This document shows, in pieces, positions 18,544-29,905 of a stretch of 64,000 bases of DNA. Source of the stretch: Nitrospirales bacterium (GTDB lineage Bacteria > Nitrospirota > Nitrospiria > Nitrospirales > UBA8639); contig OY820905.2 of the NCBI GenBank assembly GCA_963555755.3, positions 2,720,001 through 2,784,000 on the forward strand, given 5' to 3'. A model generated the notes under the pieces. It saw only the letters and a list, made by a program, of their open reading frames with translations, had not been told where the DNA came from and ran no database searches. The first letter of the stretch is position 1. The number at the start of each line of letters is the position of its first letter. The translations under genes and the position numbers were made by a program.

Positions 18544-19356
18544 ATGTTTGGTACAATGGGAATTTCTGAACTCGTCATTATTCTGGTGATCGTGTTAATC
18601 ATTTTTGGCGCCGGTCGGCTTCCCCAGATTGGGGAAGGGGTGGGGAAGGCGCTCAGGGGATTTAAAAAAGAAATCAGTGAAATTCCGCCTCCGGTTGAAG
18701 AGCAAAATCCTGTGGCCCCTTCTGAAACCCCAACACAAACACAGCCTGCGGCAGCGCCGAGTGCCCAGGAACCATCAGCCTCTCAACCCGTTGCTCAGCC
18801 CGCCACGCAACAACCCTATAAACCAGGACCTGAACGAACTCCCGGCACCTTAGCCGCTATGGTGTATAGCGGAATAGGTCCAGAGCCCGTCCAACCCGTT
18901 TCAGCGCAGCCAGAAGTTGCCCCAGCATCCACGTACGTTGAACAGCATGCACCGGTGAGTATGGAACAGCGAGCCTCGGGGACGGTTCCTCGCCAAACGG
19001 CTCAGTACCCCCCCATGCCAACCTCAGTCACGCCGACCCCAACCGGGAAACGCCCCTCAGCCGTGGTCAACAAAGAAGCTGTTGCACGAGTTCAAGCCCA
19101 ACAATCCGCCATAAAAGCCAAGACCGCTCAGACCAAGCCCAACATTGGGTCGCCAGAGGATTTACAAAGCCTCGGCGAGGGACTGGGCGGCGCCTTGCGA
19201 ACTTTCCGGGAAGCCACCGCTGATGTGCGTAATTCCATCGATCCAGAGATGCGGACGATTCAAGCCGAATTGGAAGCAGCGAAAAAGGAAGTCGAAGAAA
19301 CCATTGAGGTAGCGAAGCAGCCTCCTCTCCCCAAAGACCCACCGCCCTCGACCTAA
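18544..19356 (+). CDS. tatA: TatA/TatB-family subunit with a long Pro/Gln/Ala linker and a second amphipathic helix
   Basis: MFGTMGISELVIILVIVLIIFGAGRLPQIGEGVGKALRGFKK; GAGG RBS. Confidence 0.8.
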   Translation: MFGTMGISELVIILVIVLIIFGAGRLPQIGEGVGKALRGFKKEISEIPPPVEEQNPVAPSETPTQTQPAAAPSAQEPSASQPVAQPATQQPYKPGPERTPGTLAAMVYSGIGPEPVQPVSAQPEVAPASTYVEQHAPVSMEQRASGTVPRQTAQYPPMPTSVTPTPTGKRPSAVVNKEAVARVQAQQSAIKAKTAQTKPNIGSPEDLQSLGEGLGGALRTFREATADVRNSIDPEMRTIQAELEAAKKEVEETIEVAKQPPLPKDPPPST

Positions 19357-19424
19357 ATTCCGTTAATTATAGCTACTTCAATTAACTACCGCACTCTCTG
19401 CTGATGGTGGAAGAACCATAGATT

Positions 19425-19532
19425 AAATCCGAAGCTCGAATATCAAAATCCGAAACAATTGAGAATGACCAAATTGAAACATTCGCATTTAGGATTTTGG
19501 GCTTGTTTCGAAATTCGATATTCGTATTTCGA
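19425..19532. repeat. Inverted heptamer array (AAATCCG/CGAAATC type)
   Basis: aaatccgaagctcgaatatcaaaatccgaaac ... gtttcgaaattcgatattcgtatttcga. Confidence 0.75.
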
Positions 19533-19536
19533 GTGT

Positions 19537-20367
19537 ATGACATTTATTTGGAATGGCTATACACGGCGCAGGCAGGCTTTACTACCCTACATAACCCTTG
19601 TGTTTGTGCTGATGGTGATCGGTGTGGGCTGTCAGGCAGACTCCACTCGAAACGATCCTCTGACGTTAACCGCCGCGTTAGTGGAATTGCTTCAGGATCC
19701 CTCTCCAGACGTCCGGCGAACCGCGGCGCTGTCTCTTGGGAAAATTGGGCATTCCGCAGGAACACAGGGATTGGCCAAGGCAATATCTGATCCAGATCCT
19801 TTAGTTCGAGAATATAGTGCCTGGGCTCTTGGCCAAATCGGAGAAGAAATCAATACGGATGCAGCCCTCGCAGTCGTATCTGCCTTGGGAGACGAGCACC
19901 CAGCGGTCAAACAAGCAGCAGCGAAAGCATTAGGAAATATCGGAATACGAAGGTCTATGATTCCTTTGCTCATCGAAGGATTGAAAGTCGGCGAAGTCCA
20001 GAGCCGCCGTGCGGTGGTCGATGCGCTCATGCACCTGGAAGGGAAAAATGCGTACTCCGCACTCCTTGCTGTTTTGGACGACCCTGACCCCAACGTTCGG
20101 CAAGGAGCCATTGCCGCCTTAGGAGAATTAGGTGACCGACATGCACTTCCCCTGTTTCGAAAAAGCTTGTTGAGTGATCCAAATGTGGGAGTACGAACCG
20201 AAGCGGCTTATCGGCTTGGAAAACTGGGTGGCCCCACTGACCTTCATTCCCTACAAAAAGCCGCCAAGCAGGATACCGCCCCCATTGTTCATTTGTGGGC
20301 CACCTGGGCTATCAACAATATTACTCCTGTTCCCGAAGCGGCAGGGTTGAAATCTGCTGAGAATTGA
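19537..20367 (+). CDS. HEAT-repeat (PBS-lyase-like) putative lipoprotein
   Basis: Hydrophobic segment ending GVGC; repeats L.DP.P.VR..AA..LG.IG. Confidence 0.85.
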   Translation: MTFIWNGYTRRRQALLPYITLVFVLMVIGVGCQADSTRNDPLTLTAALVELLQDPSPDVRRTAALSLGKIGHSAGTQGLAKAISDPDPLVREYSAWALGQIGEEINTDAALAVVSALGDEHPAVKQAAAKALGNIGIRRSMIPLLIEGLKVGEVQSRRAVVDALMHLEGKNAYSALLAVLDDPDPNVRQGAIAALGELGDRHALPLFRKSLLSDPNVGVRTEAAYRLGKLGGPTDLHSLQKAAKQDTAPIVHLWATWAINNITPVPEAAGLKSAEN

Positions 20368-20397
20368 GAGGAAGAGGGTTTCTAGGTTAAAAGGTTA

Positions 20398-20538
20398 GTA
20401 ACTACTCAGGTTGCTTCAATTTTGGCTCAGGACAAGGCGCGAGGAGCGCAGAACCGGAGCGTATGTGGGAATACGTGAGGATTTGAGCACCACAGCAACG
20501 CCGTCATGAGCCAAAAGGGAAGTGACCTGAGTAGTTAC
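20398..20538 (+). mobile_element. MITE family B with IS66-type ends
   Basis: TIRs gtaactactcaggt / acctgagtagttac identical to the IS66 at 5187..7599; perfect 8-bp TSD aaaggtta. Confidence 0.93.
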
Positions 20539-20589
20539 AAAGGTTAAAGGTAGGAGGGGAATTTTGTCCCCATTATTCTCTTACAGGGC

Positions 20590-21261
20590 CTAAGAAAAAT
20601 TCTCGTTTCTGAGGGCAGCAAGCTGAGGGATCATTTCTTTCTCATAACAGGCGGGACAAATCCCGTGACTAAACTTCACTTCGGAATGGTTCCCTATGTA
20701 CTCCTCAACCTGCTGCCAATAATTCCCATCGTCTCGAATCTTTTTACAATACGAACAAATCGGCAACAGCCCTTGCAATTGTTTAATCTGACCGAGCGCC
20801 TGCTCTAATTCGTCCACGCGATGGGTGAGCTTTTCTTGAAGGTCGAGTACGCGAAATCCTACTCGCACCCGTGCTCGTAATTCTTCCGCATCAAACGGCT
20901 TGATCATGTAATCATCGGCCCCGGCTTCCAATCCTTTGACCACATCCTGGCATTCAGCTTTGGATGTCACAAGAATCAGATACCGAGTCCTTCCGTCATT
21001 GGCACCCTTCAGGTCACGGCATAATTGGACCCCATCCAAGCCGGGCATCATCCAATCCAAGATCGCCAGGCGTGGGGCATTGGGGTCTTGCAACACATCC
21101 CAAGCTTGCAGACCGTCTTTGGCTTCCACCACCTGATTCCCGCCTCGGGCCAAGGCTGCCACCACTATTCGGCGTGATATCGTGTCGTCCTCTGCAACCA
21201 GGACGCTTCTCAAGGTCGGGACTTGCACCCCCCAGTCTACTCCTTCTCCACTTTTACTCAT
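20590..21261 (-). CDS. Response regulator with a C-terminal Cys-rich domain
   Basis: VLVAEDD, ILDWMMPGLDG, GADDYMIKPF; tail LPICSYCKKIRD...SHGICPAC. Confidence 0.9.
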   Translation of the reverse strand: MSKSGEGVDWGVQVPTLRSVLVAEDDTISRRIVVAALARGGNQVVEAKDGLQAWDVLQDPNAPRLAILDWMMPGLDGVQLCRDLKGANDGRTRYLILVTSKAECQDVVKGLEAGADDYMIKPFDAEELRARVRVGFRVLDLQEKLTHRVDELEQALGQIKQLQGLLPICSYCKKIRDDGNYWQQVEEYIGNHSEVKFSHGICPACYEKEMIPQLAALRNENFS

Positions 21262-21330
21262 GGGTGCAGTCTCTTTTTGATTCTCACCGAATTGGGATAT
21301 ATTGATGTCCCCAGATACATGGGGCAGCGC

Positions 21331-21726
21331 TCAAGAACACGATACGGGAATGGGATCAGTTTGGGTTAAGACCTTCCGCACGGCTAGGAGCATGTCCCCG
21401 AGTTCAAACGGTTTGGGAAGCGTCCACCGTGCACCCAATTTTTTGGTGAATTCTAACGAGGTAAAGCCCAACGACCCAGTATACCCAGACATGGTAATGA
21501 ACTTCAGGGTCGGAAAGTCCTGGACAAGTTCTCGGATCATGGTAATTCCGCTTTTTTCCGGCATCACCAGATCGCAAATAATCAAATCCGCGGGTCGCGA
21601 TCGGAAGAGTTCGACTCCCTCGGCGCCATTGACAGACTCGAGGACCGTGTGGCCCGCTGATTCGAGGGCTTCGCGCAAAAACCCTCGAATTTGCCGGTCA
21701 TCGTCTATGATGAGAATAGTGGCCAT
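21331..21726 (-). CDS. Single-domain response regulator
   Basis: ILIIDDD, ICDLVMPEKSG, TMSG, LPKPF. Confidence 0.9.
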   Translation of the reverse strand: MATILIIDDDRQIRGFLREALESAGHTVLESVNGAEGVELFRSRPADLIICDLVMPEKSGITMIRELVQDFPTLKFITMSGYTGSLGFTSLEFTKKLGARWTLPKPFELGDMLLAVRKVLTQTDPIPVSCS

Positions 21727-21755
21727 GTTTCAATTAGTCCTCTCAATTGGACATC

Positions 21756-22100
21756 TTAGGCCATGACTGGTGATCGGGCCGCCTCTTGAATGCTTGGGTA
21801 CATGGGAATAATTTTTTGAAGGTTCGCAAGCTCAAACATTCTCTTCACATAGTCCTGAGGATTGGCAATACTGACCCGTGCATTTTTCAGTTTCAGATTC
21901 TGATGAGCTAGAGCCAATAATCCAAGGGCGGCGCTATCAACAAACGGCACATGTTGAAAATTCAAGATCACATGAGCCACAGGTCCCTCTTGGACCTTCC
22001 TCAACGAATCCGTGAAGACTTTCCGTCCCATAAATTCAAATCGTCCGGAAATATTCAGAACGGTAGCACCATCCAGGGATTCCTGTGTGACTGTCAACAT
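21756..22100 (-). CDS. STAS-domain protein (anti-sigma factor antagonist)
   Basis: ISGRF, ILNFQHVPFVDSAALGLL; GAGG RBS before ATG 22100. Confidence 0.88.
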   Translation of the reverse strand: MLTVTQESLDGATVLNISGRFEFMGRKVFTDSLRKVQEGPVAHVILNFQHVPFVDSAALGLLALAHQNLKLKNARVSIANPQDYVKRMFELANLQKIIPMYPSIQEAARSPVMA

Positions 22101-22382
22101 AGAGTTTCCTCTCGAATGCAAAGCCTCAATGAACTTCGAAGATGGTATTTGGCCCGCCGTGGCCAATTTTCACATCCCCTTTCTTGCTAGTTCGGTTCTT
22201 TCCCTTTCTTTCTGAAGTACTTGTTCAGTATTTTTTGAGGTTTTGATAATTTTTCTGACCCCGCCCCACGATGGTTCACAGCACAGGGATCAAAAAAATG
22301 AGGGAAGCATCCAGAATGGATTTCAGAGGAGAGGAGGGAGCAAATACTCTCGTCGAGTCAAAACAATGACGGGAGCGGATAA

Positions 22383-22539
22383 GGGCTCGCGCAAGAATAA
22401 TTTCCCATGTTTGGGCGTCGATCCATCCCGCCTGGCGGCGTGGCTCGTCCTTTCCATACGAGGAGTATGCGCAGTCCTCGCGCCTTGCCAGACAGGTGTC
22501 TCAGCACCCAAACATGGAAAGTTATTCTTGCGCGAGCCC
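22383..22539 (-). mobile_element. MITE family F
   Basis: 18-bp perfect TIRs gggctcgcgcaagaataa; 3-bp TSD TAA; minus-strand core tggc-aagg-cgcgagg...acgcc-gcca. Confidence 0.88.
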
Positions 22540-22544
22540 TAAGG

Positions 22545-24545
22545 TTATTCAGGTTTGATATCAACCAGAAATCCGATGGCTTTACGAATGTTATCGGAGG
22601 ATCCTAAGAGGGCCAAGACGTCTCCAACCTCCAGCCTGGACTTGTTTGAAGGATTGGATTGGGTCACCCCTGCCTTCATGAGTGCGATGACGGAGGCCCC
22701 TGTTCGTTGGCGAATTGCGAGTTCCCCCAGAGATTTCCCGAGAGCAGGTGAATCTTCATCAATTCGGCATGTTTCGACTTCGACGTCAACTAAGGTGCCC
22801 GCCCGCAGATGATGAGCCAATTCCGGGAGCTCGCCACGCCGTAACAGAGCATACCCTTCCCGACGAATCTGTTCAGCCTTTTCCAGGATCACCTGCTTGG
22901 GCAATTTGTAGGTTTGAAGCACCAACGTGGATATTTCGATGGAGGTTTCAAACTCTTCAGGAATAATTTCGTTGGCCCCGAGTTGCCGAAGCTCTTCCAA
23001 TTCTTTCAAATACCTGGTGCGCACGACGATATGCACCGTCGGATTGAGCTCTCTTGCTAGTTGAACGATCCGCCTGGCTCCAAAGGGATCAGATGTGGCC
23101 ACGACCAGAACCTTGGCATATTCGATTTGTACATGTCGGAGGACCGTGGGATTAGTGGCATCTCCGTATTGAATGGGGACCCCCGTTCCCAATTCCATCT
23201 GTACGACATCCCCACGAATCTCCAGAACCATATAGGGCAGCTCAAACTCTTCTAGAACTTTTGCCAGATTTCTTCCATTGAGCCCAAATCCCACAATGAT
23301 CACATGATCTTTCAGTTTGAGTTGAGAGGATTCGGTACGATGCGTGATTCGACCAGGAAACCATTGATGAAGGCGCTGAATGGCTTCGGTTCGACGAGCA
23401 AGTTTCGGAGCCCATTGAATGAAAAACGGAGTAATGATCATGGTGATCACGGAGACCGCGAGAAATACGTTATAGGTCTCCTGATAGAGAATGCCGACTT
23501 TGAGTCCCTCTTGCGCCAAAATAAAGGCAAACTCTCCCACTTGCGCTAAGCCAACCCCTGCGAGGACAGCCGGGCGAAGAGGGACCCCAGCCGCAAGCAC
23601 TGCCCCAGCCCCCGTGACAAATTTTCCGATGAAGACCGTTGCGACCATCATCAGGATCAGGAAAGGATGTTCAAATAGCACACGAGGATCCATCAACATC
23701 CCAATCGACACGAAAAACAGGCTGTTAAAGCTATCACGGAATGGCAGTACTTCTGCTAAGGCCTGATGGCTATACTCCGATTCTGAGATTAGCAGTCCGG
23801 CAATAAACGCCCCCAAGGCGAGTGATAATCCCACGAGCGAGGTCAGCCACGCTGTTCCCAACCCCAACACTACGACCGTCAGCAGAAAGAGTTCTCGGCT
23901 TCTGGTGCGAACGATGTGGGTCAGAAGCCAGGGAACAAAGAATCGAGCGGCAATGACAACGGTTGTGACCAAAGCGAGTGATTGAACGAGCGTCCAGAGA
24001 ATCTGCCCCATGCCCTCCACTCCCTCCTGATCACTTAAGAAGGGGGTCATGAGCATCATGGGAACGACAGCGAGGTCTTGAAAAATTAAAATTCCAATGG
24101 TAGAGCGTCCATGCAGTGTGTCATTTTCCCTGCGTTCCGCAAGAGATTTGAGGACGATTGCCGTACTACTGAGCGAGAGGAGCATGCCCCAAAAAATCGC
24201 GGTCTTCATGGACAACCCAAAGCCCAACCCGCCCACCATGACCAACAACAGCACACCAAAGACTTGAGCAGGCCCGGCAATGAGTAGTACTGACTTTGAG
24301 GATTTGAGTTGGGCTAAGGAAAATTCCAGACCGATGGTAAATAACAGGAGAATCACGCCAACCTCAGCCAGGACTTGGACTTGCTCTCGATCTGAGATGA
24401 GGTTCAGGCCGTATGGGCCGACTAACGTCCCGGCGACCAGAAAGCCGGCAATAGAGGGCAAGTGGAGTTTCTGGAATAAAAACACCACGCCAACCGAAAC
24501 CGTAAAAATAACAATGATATCTCGTAAGATGCTGCTGTCTTCCAT
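22545..24545 (-). CDS. CPA2 cation:proton antiporter (Kef-like) with TrkA-N and TrkA-C domains
   Basis: LAEVGVILLLFTIGLE, LSSTAIV, ILIFQDLA, LAQVGEFAF, IIVGFGLNG, YGDAT. Confidence 0.92.
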   Translation of the reverse strand: MEDSSILRDIIVIFTVSVGVVFLFQKLHLPSIAGFLVAGTLVGPYGLNLISDREQVQVLAEVGVILLLFTIGLEFSLAQLKSSKSVLLIAGPAQVFGVLLLVMVGGLGFGLSMKTAIFWGMLLSLSSTAIVLKSLAERRENDTLHGRSTIGILIFQDLAVVPMMLMTPFLSDQEGVEGMGQILWTLVQSLALVTTVVIAARFFVPWLLTHIVRTRSRELFLLTVVVLGLGTAWLTSLVGLSLALGAFIAGLLISESEYSHQALAEVLPFRDSFNSLFFVSIGMLMDPRVLFEHPFLILMMVATVFIGKFVTGAGAVLAAGVPLRPAVLAGVGLAQVGEFAFILAQEGLKVGILYQETYNVFLAVSVITMIITPFFIQWAPKLARRTEAIQRLHQWFPGRITHRTESSQLKLKDHVIIVGFGLNGRNLAKVLEEFELPYMVLEIRGDVVQMELGTGVPIQYGDATNPTVLRHVQIEYAKVLVVATSDPFGARRIVQLARELNPTVHIVVRTRYLKELEELRQLGANEIIPEEFETSIEISTLVLQTYKLPKQVILEKAEQIRREGYALLRRGELPELAHHLRAGTLVDVEVETCRIDEDSPALGKSLGELAIRQRTGASVIALMKAGVTQSNPSNKSRLEVGDVLALLGSSDNIRKAIGFLVDIKPE

Positions 24546-24627
24546 GACAAGTCTGGGGAAAGGATAAGAATTTTGTCCGGTACTATACCTGACTCCCTAC
24601 AATGACAAAAGCAGAGATATCGGAGGC

Positions 24628-24842
24628 CAAATCCGAAACTCGAATATCGAAATCCGAAACACACCTGAAATAAATCCGAAATCCGAATCTCGAAATCCGA
24701 AAAACATTCAAATGACTAATACCAAAAATGCTCGAAACAGTCAGTACGGCTTTTTTGCGCCCAACTGCCGTTTCTAGGTTGAAACATTCGAGTGTATGAT
24801 TTCGGATGTGTTTCGGATTTCGAGATTCGGATTTCGAATTTA
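24628..24842. repeat. Inverted heptamer array containing a family E MITE end (about 24746..24778)
   Basis: (cgaaatc)n ... (gatttcg)n; internal acggcttttttgcgcccaactgccgtttctagg is the reverse complement of the left end of 60905. Confidence 0.8.
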
Positions 24843-24863
24843 AGACACGGAGTAGGGAGGTCA

Positions 24864-25490
24864 TTACGAGGCTGACATATCACGAAACAGCCATGGTGCT
24901 TCAGCCTTTCTCCGTTGTTCGTAGGCGGTGATGGCCGCTTCCTGTTTTAGGGTCAATCCGATCGCGTCGAGGCCTTCCATCAGACAATTCTTTCGAAATG
25001 GATCGATTGAAAAGTGAAAAAGGAAGCCTGCAGGTGTGGCCACTGTTTGGTTGAGAAGGTCAATAGTCAGTTGCACGGTCTCTTCACTCGTCACCGCATC
25101 AAAAAGTTGCTGGATTTCTTCCGCTTGAAGCGTGACAGGCAACATACCGTTTTGAAAACAGTTGTTATAAAAAATATCCGCAAAACTCGGAGCCAGAAGG
25201 GATCGAATACCATAATCCAACAGTGCCCAAGGAGCATGTTCCCGTGACGACCCGCATCCAAAGTTGTCACGCGTGAGCAAAATCGTGGCATGTTCATATC
25301 GGGGCTGGTTCATGAAGAAATCAGGGTCTGGTGTATCGTTGGCCTGCATTTTCCAATCGACGAATAGACCCGTTTTGAGTCCGGTCCGATGAATAGTCTT
25401 CAAATATTGCTTGGGAATAATTTGGTCAGTATCGACATTGACCCGATCAAGCGGAGCAACAATGCCCGTCAAAGTGGTAAACGGTTCCAT
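24864..25490 (-). CDS. leuD: 3-isopropylmalate dehydratase small subunit
   Basis: NVDTDQIIPKQ, NFGCGSSREHAPWAL, SFADIFYNN. Confidence 0.97.
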   Translation of the reverse strand: MEPFTTLTGIVAPLDRVNVDTDQIIPKQYLKTIHRTGLKTGLFVDWKMQANDTPDPDFFMNQPRYEHATILLTRDNFGCGSSREHAPWALLDYGIRSLLAPSFADIFYNNCFQNGMLPVTLQAEEIQQLFDAVTSEETVQLTIDLLNQTVATPAGFLFHFSIDPFRKNCLMEGLDAIGLTLKQEAAITAYEQRRKAEAPWLFRDMSAS

Positions 25491-25604
25491 GAGACTCCTC
25501 AGTAATTAGGTATGTCCAAAGAGTGATGAGTCAGGAGAAAAATTCTTTCTTCACGCTTCATAAAAATGAGCCTGTCGAATAATTCAAAATTCGCAAAAGC
25601 GGGA

Positions 25605-25723
25605 GGGGCTGTTGAAAAAGGTCTCCAGCAAGGCCGCAGGGCCTTTGGCGCGCGGAGCGTACTCTCGTACGTGAGCACGACAAAGGACCGAGAACGCCGC
25701 TGGTGGCCTTTTTCAACAGCCCC
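25605..25723 (+). mobile_element. MITE family A between leuC and leuD
   Basis: ggggctgttgaaaaagg / cctttttcaacagcccc; abuts the leuC stop. Confidence 0.88.
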
Positions 25724-27127
25724 TTAGGACCAATGGCGAATATCGACAAAATGTCCAGCAATCGCCGCCGCGGCAGCCATGGCTGGGGAGACAAGGTGCG
25801 TACGACCACCCTTACCTTGACGGCCTTCAAAATTACGATTGCTGGTTGAGGCGCAACGCTCACCTGGTTGTAGCACATCGGCATTCATAGCCAGGCACAT
25901 ACTACACCCGGCATCACGCCATTCCGCGCCAGCAGAACGAAACACTTCATCCAATCCTTCTTCTTCAGCTTGTTTTTTTACGAGGCCTGAACCCGGCACG
26001 ACCATGGTGTGAACACCGTCTGCTACTTTTCTCCCTTTGAAGTACGATGCGGCCACGCGTAAATCCTCGATTCGCGCGTTGGTACACGACCCAATAAACA
26101 CCCGATCAATTGTTAGCTTTTCTATGGGGGTTCCCGGTGTCAGAGCCATATAATCCAACGCCCGTTGAATCGAATTTCGCGTCTCACCTTCCGGATAGGA
26201 ACGGGGATCGGGAATCACTTCATTGACACCGCTGACCATACCCGGGTTCGTTCCCCAGGATACTTGTGGAGGAATCTCTTCAGCCTGGAGACAAATGGTC
26301 TGATCATATGATGCACCCGGATCGGTTGTTAAGCTGGCCCACGCTTGTACCGCTTGATCAAATAATGCCCCTTGGGGAGACAAGGGCCGTCCTCGCACAT
26401 AGGCAACCGTGGTTTCATCAGGAGCGACCATGCCAGCCCGTGCGCCACCCTCGATAGACATATTACACAAGGTCATCCGGCCTTCCATGGTCAGAGCACG
26501 AACCGCTGATCCCGTGTATTCGATCACGTACCCAGTCCCGCCTGATGTGCCGATCTTGCCAATAATGGCCAAAATCATATCCTTCGCGGAACACTGTGGT
26601 GGCAACGTGCCATCGACCCGAATCTCCATGGTCTTGGGACGTTTTTGCACCAAACATTGGGTGGCCAACACATGCTCGACCTCACTGGTGCCAATGCCAA
26701 ACGCCAAAGCCCCAAATGCTCCATGCGTGGAGGTGTGTGAATCACCGCACACAATCGTCATCCCAGGCAAGGTCAGGCCCTGTTCCGGTCCAATCACATG
26801 CACAATACCTTGGCGGATATCGTCCATTGTAAAAATGGAAATTTTGGAGTCCTGGCAATTTTGTTCTAGCGTCTGGATTTGAATACGGCTCATGGGGTCA
26901 GCAATGCCCAAACCTCGGTCCGTGGTCGGGACATTATGGTCTGGAACCGCTAGCACGGCTGTCGGACGTCGAGGCGTGCGCCCGGCAAGTTTTAATCCCT
27001 CAAAAGCCTGAGGGGAGGTGACTTCATGAACCAAGTGGCGATCAATATAAAGAAGAGTCGTGCCATCAGCCTCCTCATGAACGACATGTGTTTCCCAAAT
27101 CTTATCAAAGAGGGTCTTTGCGGGCAT
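25724..27127 (-). CDS. leuC: 3-isopropylmalate dehydratase large subunit
   Basis: [51 protein letters not shown]. Confidence 0.97.
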   Translation of the reverse strand: MPAKTLFDKIWETHVVHEEADGTTLLYIDRHLVHEVTSPQAFEGLKLAGRTPRRPTAVLAVPDHNVPTTDRGLGIADPMSRIQIQTLEQNCQDSKISIFTMDDIRQGIVHVIGPEQGLTLPGMTIVCGDSHTSTHGAFGALAFGIGTSEVEHVLATQCLVQKRPKTMEIRVDGTLPPQCSAKDMILAIIGKIGTSGGTGYVIEYTGSAVRALTMEGRMTLCNMSIEGGARAGMVAPDETTVAYVRGRPLSPQGALFDQAVQAWASLTTDPGASYDQTICLQAEEIPPQVSWGTNPGMVSGVNEVIPDPRSYPEGETRNSIQRALDYMALTPGTPIEKLTIDRVFIGSCTNARIEDLRVAASYFKGRKVADGVHTMVVPGSGLVKKQAEEEGLDEVFRSAGAEWRDAGCSMCLAMNADVLQPGERCASTSNRNFEGRQGKGGRTHLVSPAMAAAAAIAGHFVDIRHWS

Positions 27128-27269
27128 CCCTAGCTCCTGTAGTAAATTGAAGGACCAATATCATGCGCCGAATGAATTCCGCCTTGCAACCCCATGATGC
27201 CTGGGTTAGCTGGGCTGAAGGGTCAGTCGTCAACCAAACAGTCTGGAGTACAAAATGTTGAATGGCTCA

Positions 27270-27483
27270 GGTTCAGGGTTCAGGGTTCAGGGTTCAGGGT
27301 TCAGGGTTCACGGTTCAGGGTTCACGGTTCAGGGTTCACGGTTCAGGGTTCACGGTTCAGGGTTCACGGTTCAGGGTTCACGGTTCAGGGTTCACGGTTC
27401 AGGGTTCACGGTTCAGGGTTCAGGGTTCACGGTTCAGGGTTCACGGTTCAGGGTTCACGGTTCAGGGTTCAGGGTTCAGGGTT
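27270..27483. repeat. Tandem array of 30 GGTTCA(G/C) heptamers
   Basis: Uninterrupted 7-bp period, largely alternating CAC/CAG; short inverted copy at about 27536..27559. Confidence 0.97.
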
Positions 27484-27926
27484 GGTTCTATTGCCACACA
27501 TCAATATTTTTAAACCCTTCAATCTTTACTCTATTCCTAAACCGGGAACCCTGAACCTGCCAACCTGCGTCGTTATCAAATTTTTGCCCCCCCCCCTTTT
27601 CATAAGACCCCGAGCGAGGTAACTTGGTAGGTGACAGAGGATTTGCTATACTTTTTGAAAGGTTTCGTTTACATTTCATGGTTTAGGGTTTGACCATTGA
27701 CGGAAAAACTCCTTTTCCGTCGAGGACTTATGTTACAAAGAGATCTCGTCTTCTTTGAGCAGACCCACCTCCGTCCCAGGATGTGACCCTCAAGCCAATT
27801 GGCCAATCGGCCAATCAGATAGTATGTCTTTCTTGTGATGTGGCAAAAGTAATTGAAAAACAGCATCCGTTTGAGCAAAACCGGGTCCCTCGATCATGCA
27901 ATCGATCATGTCAAGAGTCGTCCTGA

Positions 27927-28991
<1,065 letters not shown>

Positions 28992-29002
28992 AGGACACAT
29001 GT

Positions 29003-29905
29003 ATGATTGGCCGGGTCCGGCCTTTAGTCCTGTGGAGTCCCAGTACAAGGCGACTAGTTGTGGTGTTGGTGATTATCGCCCTGGTACTTCTATTTCTCCT
29101 TCCTCGCCAAACGCAATTTCTCCTCCAACAAGTCAGTAAGCCCGTGGCGGACCTGGTCAGCGTTCCCTTGGAAATGATGGCCGATGTCGATCGTGGGGTT
29201 CGCAATTGGTGGAACCAATATGTCGCCCTACAAGGCATGTATGAACAAAACCGCGACCTTCAGGTCAAAGTTCAGAACTTGGAAGGAGAATTAAATCGGC
29301 TCCGGGAACACGCTCTGGCCTCTCAACGGTTAGCTGCATTGCTCGACTTTCAGGAAGAAAGCGCCATGACCACTCTTGCGGCACGAGTGATTGGCCGAAG
29401 CGCCTCGAATTGGTATAGCGGCGTGGTGTTAAATAAAGGAGAAGATGATGGAGTCGCGGTGGAATTTGGCGTGATCACCCCAGCTGGAATCGTAGGGCAC
29501 ATTGTGAAAGTCGCCAGTTCAACGAGTATCGCCTTGTTGATCACCGACCCCAATGTGGCGGTAACTGGGCTCGTTCAGCGAACGCGGGATGAAGGCATTG
29601 TCCAAGGAACGGCGCAGGGTTATGTCCGGATGAAATACATTCCTCCCTTAGCGGCCGTGAAAGAGGGAGATGCGGTTGTCACATCGGGATTGACCGGAGG
29701 ATTTCCTCGCGGGCTCCTGATTGGGCAGGTTCTCAAAGTTGGAGAACGAGAAGGAGATCTCTTCCAAACGGCTCACGTTGCCCCTGTAGTCGATTTTGGA
29801 AAGTTGGAGGAAGTGTTAATCGTCCTTCCACCACCATCGTCGGAAAGTACGGAGTCAATTGGCAACATCCTGACTTCTCAAGAGAAGAAACCCAAGGATT
29901 CATGA
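29003..29905 (+). CDS. mreC: Rod shape-determining protein MreC
   Basis: TM, coiled coil, NKG..DGV, GD.VVTSGL.GGFPRGL.IG; synteny. Confidence 0.93.
   Translation: MIGRVRPLVLWSPSTRRLVVVLVIIALVLLFLLPRQTQFLLQQVSKPVADLVSVPLEMMADVDRGVRNWWNQYVALQGMYEQNRDLQVKVQNLEGELNRLREHALASQRLAALLDFQEESAMTTLAARVIGRSASNWYSGVVLNKGEDDGVAVEFGVITPAGIVGHIVKVASSTSIALLITDPNVAVTGLVQRTRDEGIVQGTAQGYVRMKYIPPLAAVKEGDAVVTSGLTGGFPRGLLIGQVLKVGEREGDLFQTAHVAPVVDFGKLEEVLIVLPPPSSESTESIGNILTSQEKKPKDS

Noticed and set aside
27194..27622. ORFs encoding (GSGFRVQ/GSRFRVH)n peptides
   Set aside because: These are by-products of a stop-free heptamer array open in all three frames, with no convincing RBS.
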